A DNA stretch of 63,804 nt, counting the filler, from Craspedostauros australis (lineage: Eukaryota), in NCBI GenBank assembly GCA_030167865.1. It is 4 parts of 4 records of this genome, joined end to end, with 100 filler letters (N's around TTAATTAATTAA, not from the genome) between each part and the next. Parts side by side here need not be neighbours in the genome. Positions count along the whole stretch, not along the records: positions 55,087 to 62,639 come from JALAGF010004481.1; positions 62,740 to 63,804 come from JALAGF010004496.1; 2 more parts are not named here. One strand, given 5' to 3'. How positions within the stretch are numbered: position 1 is the stretch's first letter; each line of letters begins with the position of its first letter. Below are positions 59,805 to 63,804 of this stretch, piece after piece. The position numbers and the translations under genes were made by a program. Below the pieces are notes generated by a model. That model made no database searches. It was not told the origin of the DNA and saw only the letters and a program-made list of their open reading frames with translations.

Positions 59805-62639
59805 ATGCCTTCTTTCCAGTTCTCACAAAAATCAACAGCTGCACACTCGATCAACTTCCACCCCAGCGATGGAGAGCATCAGCAATACAAACAACTCACC
59901 AAACCAACAGCAGCACACTCGATCAACATCCACCCCGGCGATGGAGAGCAGCATCAACGTGAACAACTCACCAAACAAACAGCAGCGCACTCGATCAACT
60001 TCCACTCCAGTGATGGAGAGCAGCATCAACGCGAACAACTCACCAAACCAACAGCACTGTGCTCGATCAACTTCCACCCCAGCAATGGAGAGCATCGGCA
60101 ATGTGAACAACTCACCAAACCAACAGCAGCACACTCGATCAACTTCCACTCCAGTGATGGAGAGCAGCATCAACGCGAACAACTCACCAAACCAACAGTA
60201 CCGTGCTCAATCAACTTCCACCCCAGCGATGGAGAGCAGCACCAACGCAAACAACTCACCAAACCAACCGCAGCACATTCGATCAACTTCCACCCCAGTG
60301 ATGGACAGCATCATCAATGCGCGCAACCCACCAAACCAACCGCAGCACACTCGATCAACTTCCACCCCAGCGATGGAGAGCGGCATCAACGCAAACAAGT
60401 CACAAAACCCACAGCACCGTGCTCGATCAACTTCCACTCCAGTGATGGAGAGCATCATCAATGCGCGCAACTCACCAAACCAACAGCAGCGTCCTCGATC
60501 AACTTCCACTCCAGTGATGGAGAGCATCAGCAATGCACGCAACTTACCAAACCAACAGCACCGTGCTCGATCAACTTTCACCCCAGCGATGGACAACATC
60601 ATCAATGTGCGCAACTTACCAAACCAACGGCAGCGCACTCGATCAACTTCCACTCCAGTGATGGACAACATCATCAATGCGCGCAACTCACCAAACCAAC
60701 GGCACCGTGCTCGATCAACGTCCACCCCAGTGGACAGCATCATCAACGCGAACAACTCACCAAACCAACAGCAGCGCACTCGATCAACTTCCACCCCAGT
60801 GGACAGCATCATCAACGCGCGCAACTCACCAAACCAACAGCAGCGTGCTCAATCAACTTCCACCCCAGTGAACAGCATCATCAATGCAAACAACTCACCA
60901 AACCAACAGCACCGTGCTCGGTCAACTTCCACTCCAGTGATGGACAACATCATCAATGCGCGCAACTCACCAAACCAACAGCAGCACACTCGATCAGCTT
61001 CCACCCCAGTGACAGACAGCATTCTCAATGCAAACAAGTCACCAAACCAACGGCAGCACATTCGATCAACTTCCACCCCAGTGGACAGCATCATCGATGC
61101 GCGCAACTCACCAAACCAACAGCAGCGCACTCGATCAACTTCCACCCCAGTGAACAGCATCATCAATGCAAACAACTCACAAAACCAACAGCAGCACACT
61201 CGATCAACTTCCACCCCAGTGACGGAGAGCATCATCAATGCGCGCAACTCACCAAACCAACAGCAGCGCACTCGATCAACTTCCACTCCAATGACGGACA
61301 GCATCATCAATGCGCGCAACTCACCAAACCAACAGCAGCGCACTCAATCAACTTCCACCCCAGTGTACAGCATCATCAATGCAAACAAGTCACAAAACCC
61401 ACAGCACCGTGCTCGATCAACTTCCACCCCAGCGATGGAGAGCATCATCAATGCGCGCAACTCACCAAACCAACAGCAGCGCACTCGATCAACTTCCACT
61501 CCAATGACGGACAGCATCATCAATGCGCGCAACTCACCAAACCAACAGCAGCGCACTCGATCAACTTCCACCCCAGTGAACAGCATCATCAATGCAAACA
61601 ACTCACAAAACCAACAGCAGCACACTCGATCAACTTCCACCCCAGTGACGGAGAGCATCATCAATGCGCGCAACTCACCAAACCAACAGCAGCGCACTCG
61701 ATCAACTTCCACCCCAGTGGACAGCATCATCAACGCGCGCAACTTACCAAACCAACAGCACCGTGCCCGATCAACTTCCACCCCAGCGATGGAGAGCATC
61801 AGCAATGCGCGCAACATACCAAACCAACGGCAGCGCACTCGATCAACTTCCACTCCAGTGATGGACAGCATCATCAATGCAAACAAGTCACCAAACCAAC
61901 AGCAGCGCACTCGATCAACTTCCACCCCAGCGATGGAGAGCAGCATCAATGCGAGCAACAATGGGCAGGGCGTCAGCACTGGCACATTCAGCATGCATAT
62001 TGCAACACAGGACCCAAATCCACAGCCAGCCACAGAACCTGTGGATGGTGACATCCATCAAGTGTCCCAGAGTCCACCTCGACATATTTCAGTTGCGCCA
62101 AACCAATCCTTGATTGGTGTTGCCACTGGCCTCGGTGTACGCCTCAACAGTGGTGACGACAACACCAGCAACAACAATGTTGACCACAACAATGCCAACA
62201 CCAACGCCGACAATGATAACAATGGCAATGTTGGCTGCAATATTGACAGCATAAGCAATGGAGATGACAACGGTCATGGAGATGAAAATGGCAATGATGG
62301 CTACCTTGTCACTTTGCCTTCGCAGACTCTCCATGACAACAACGCCTCTGGAATCAAGACTATGCCGATGAAGTGGGACCTTCTGCCTTGGCGTACATGC
62401 AAATTCTCTGTCTCCGTCAGCGCTGCACAGCGGCTTTGCCACAAGCTCATGGTGGCTGAGGTTCTTCAGATTCGTGCTCGTGCAGTACTCAACACCAAGA
62501 AACACAACCCAACCACAGACGACTTCACAAAGTTTGTGTTCGGAGAACACTCCGTCCTCTTTTCATCAGCTTTCGGTCCAGCAGGGTTGGGCATGGGGTT
62601 CAAGAACTTCCTGCAGTTCATGGTTGGTTTCACAACTCA
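59805..62639 (+). CDS. Repeat-containing ORF(s), functional frame unresolved: 59805-62051 (His/Cys-rich) or 59869 to gap (S/T/N/Q-rich plus unique C-terminal domain)
   Basis: Both frames are open through the whole array. Only the second continues into a D/N-rich linker and a globular-looking segment (KWDLLPW...DDFTKFVFGEHS...FLQFMVGF). Confidence 0.5.
59830..61955 (+). repeat. Tandem array of ~30 units of 72 bp (69-bp variants)
   Basis: Unit approximately TCGATCAACTTCCACCCCAGCGATGGAGAGCATCATCAATGCGCGCAACTCACCAAACCAACAGCAGCGCAC. The only indel seen is 3 bp. Confidence 0.97.
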
Positions 62640-62739
62640 NNNNNNNNNNNNNNNNNNNNNNNNNNNNNNNNNNNNNNNNNNNNTTAATTAATTAANNNNN
62701 NNNNNNNNNNNNNNNNNNNNNNNNNNNNNNNNNNNNNNN
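62640..62739. other. Artificial contig spacer
   Basis: N-TTAATTAATTAA-N, 100 nt. Confidence 0.97.
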
Positions 62740-63804
62740 TTCGAATACCAACTGCAGATGGGTCCAGAGAAGGTGACGATCGAGGCCATCCGGAATGTGC
62801 TGAACTACAGATACTCCAAGCTCCAAGGCGGAAAGGCGTACGTGGACGACTTCGCGGATACTGGCAGCAAGCGCGACGACGCGGCGATGGCTGCGACAGG
62901 CGGATTCAAGGGCAACTGCCACAACTGCGGAAAGTACGGCCATCGGTCTGCGAATTGTCCAGACAGAAAGCAAGCGGCCGACAACAACAACAACAACCAC
63001 CAATCCAACAACGGCCGACGAGGAGGCTACAACAACAGAGGCAACAGAAGAGGAGATCAGCGCGGCAATCAAGGAAACCGCGGCAACAGAGGAAGAGGTC
63101 GAGGCAACGGCTTCAGCGGGAAGTGCCATTACTGTGGCATCCCAGGACATCGAGAGGCAGACTGCAGGAAGAAAAAGTTCAACGAAAAGAGAAAGCAGGA
63201 AGAGCAAGGAAGCACGGCGCAAGACGGCGCCGATGANAGNTTCGAGATGGTGATGACCATGCTCGACACACCCACACAAACTCACACTGCCTACGCCGTC
63301 GATGATTCATTCTTTGATACCTTCCAACACCGTCCAGGAATAGACGAGGTCCACGACGACACGAGCATCTCAGAATGGCTCAACGACGGACCAATCATTC
63401 ACGAGGTGACGCTCGACAACGAACCTCGATTTGATCTCGATTTCGATTACTGCCTCAACACGCACGACTTGCCGAGCAACGGCAACCGAGAAGAAGACCC
63501 CGAGGAGGATATCGATATCCTCGCCATGGAAGAAGCCGGGGAGCCCCCGATTGAGCAAGACATGCTCCTGGACGACAATCTCTTCGAAGAGACATCAGCT
63601 GCTGGCTCCGCCGAAGAAGAGATCGCTCAAGATGACGGAGATGACAACAGCAACGCAACTCGTCCACTATACGTCCGGAACAGATTCCGTCCTCCCAGAC
63701 CAGAAGGTCAACGAGTCCTTAACCACCACGAAGACGTGATCTTCCCAACCGGCCTACGCTTCGGGCCCACGGACTTCTTCAACCAACGAGGGGCGCACGG
63801 CAGG
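62740..63804 (+). mobile_element. gag: Ty1/Copia (CoDi-like) LTR retrotransposon gag region, open at both ends
   Basis: The frame from 62740 is stop-free to the window end and absent from the ORF track. It reads VTIEAIRNVLNYRYSKL...FKGNCHNCGKYGHRSANC...RG/N-rich...FSGKCHYCGIPGHREADC, i.e. two CCHC zinc knuckles, followed by an acidic linker. Confidence 0.88.

Noticed and set aside
59830..61955. CRISPR-like appearance of the array
   Set aside because: Units are homologous along their full length, with no unique spacers and no cas genes, in a eukaryotic context.
59832..62054. Minus-strand VEVDRVRCCWFGEL ORFs
   Set aside because: Interrupted by TGA stops and lacking unique flanking coding sequence.
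23534..62739. Three TTAATTAATTAA palindromes within N runs
   Set aside because: Artificial contig linkers. They also create false stops, and neighbours across them may not be adjacent.
1..63804. tRNA/rRNA genes and prokaryotic operon or defence systems
   Set aside because: None recognised by eye; tRNAscan-SE/Infernal were not run.

Overview
Eukaryotic genomic DNA, most likely from a pennate diatom. The evidence is short GT-AG introns, ASAF-type bipartite plastid presequences, TM-sensor-TM nucleotide cyclases, an M11 gametolysin-type protease and KxxK/RxL silaffin-type motifs; the species cannot be determined. The window consists of four contigs joined by artificial 100-nt N-TTAATTAATTAA-N spacers, so adjacency across them is unverified. 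Host genes: an HSF, an FHA+Tudor protein, UPRT, a plastid thioredoxin-like protein, two gap-truncated receptor cyclases, an orphan PDE-type exon, a 5-exon secreted M11 metalloprotease, an ALKBH1-like dioxygenase, a plastid CbbY-like HAD phosphatase, an SGNH-like protein, an unknown disordered protein and a secreted Cys-rich repeat protein. Mobile DNA: an RNase H-bearing LINE, a second LINE fragment, a solo LTR, a Copia gag, a decayed Harbinger-like element, related DNA-transposon-like ends and CpG-depleted relics. The most interesting signals are (i) two secreted proteins on one contig that each carry an RxL site and a KxxK lysine cluster (a 37 x 18-aa Cys solenoid and an M11 protease with three copies of an unrecognised domain), candidates for a silica-wall or adhesive structural and remodelling pair, and (ii) a 30 x 72-bp array open in two frames (one His/Cys-rich) behind three tandem palindromic boxes.
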